The notes beneath the pieces are model-generated. The model was given only the letters and a program-made list of their open reading frames with translations, was not told where the DNA came from and did no database searches. A stretch of 64,000 bases of DNA from Mobula hypostoma (taxonomy: Eukaryota), in assembly GCF_963921235.1 (NCBI RefSeq), contig NC_086108.1:82400001-82464000 (forward strand), in the 5' to 3' direction. This document shows positions 63,500 to 64,000 of the stretch, piece after piece. Each line of letters starts with the position of its first letter. Position 1 is the stretch's first letter. The position numbers and the translations under genes are program-made.

Positions 63500-64000
63500 C
63501 TATCTTTGTCACATGAAAGGTATGGCCACATTAGTGGGATTGTATTACAGACCACCCAATAGTCAACGAGAATTGGAAGAGCAAATCTGCGGAGAGATAG
63601 CAGGCAACTGCAGGAAACAAAAAGTTGTGGTGGTAGGGGATTTTTATTTTCCGTATATTGATTGGGACTCCCATACTGTTAGGGGTCTAGATGGTTTAGA
63701 GTTTGTAAAATGTGTTCAGGAAAGTTTTCTAAATCAATATATAGAGGGACCAACTAGAGGGGATGCAATATTGGATCTCCTGTTAGGAAACGAGTTAGGA
63801 CAAGTGACAGAAGTCTGTGTAGGGGAGCACTTTGGTTCCAGTGATCATAACACCATTAGTTTCAACTTGATCATGGACAAGGATAGATCTGGTCCTAGGG
63901 CTGAGGTTCTTAACTGGAAAAAGGCCAAATTTGAGGAAATGAGAAAGGATCTAAAAAGCGTGGATTGGGACAGGTTGTTCTCTGGCAAGGATGTGATCTG
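63500..64000 (+). mobile_element. CR1 LINE APE endonuclease region (runs off the window)
   Basis: GLYYRPPNS, VVVVGDF, PTRGDAILDLLLGN, HFGSSDHNTISF. Confidence 0.85.

Noticed and set aside
1..64000. CRISPR array, rRNA or prokaryotic operon
   Set aside because: No regularly spaced repeat-spacer pattern or rRNA similarity seen; the sequence is a spliced vertebrate locus.

Overview
This is eukaryotic, repeat-rich vertebrate DNA. The repeat landscape (V-SINEs, DeuSINEs, CR1, Penelope-like elements) suggests a cartilaginous fish, probably a ray; this is inference. The window holds almost all of a + strand amidase-signature gene of the FAAH / vitamin D3 hydroxylase-associated protein (VDHAP) type. 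Its 15 coding exons (11..56683) splice in frame to 569 aa with the Lys/Ser/Ser triad intact, followed by a polyA signal. Exon 1 and the promoter of a tandem paralogue start at 62403. Introns are packed with transposable elements: a near-complete Penelope-like element plus many fragments carrying minimal hammerhead-ribozyme motifs, a full-length hAT/Tip100-type transposon with 8-bp TSD, a 6-bp-TSD TIR element, a mariner-derived foldback, a solo LTR, and CR1, RTE and Rex-Babar LINE pieces and SINEs, often nested. Most ORF-track entries are TE fragments or noise. Best leads: (i) the first gene's anchor exon is preceded by an in-frame TAG that is also a splice-acceptor-like AG; (ii) a core-intact hammerhead lies in sense orientation in the last intron; (iii) foldback mini-elements are built from Penelope 3' ends; (iv) FAAH-like tandem duplication. 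I found no clear evidence of a wholly new system.
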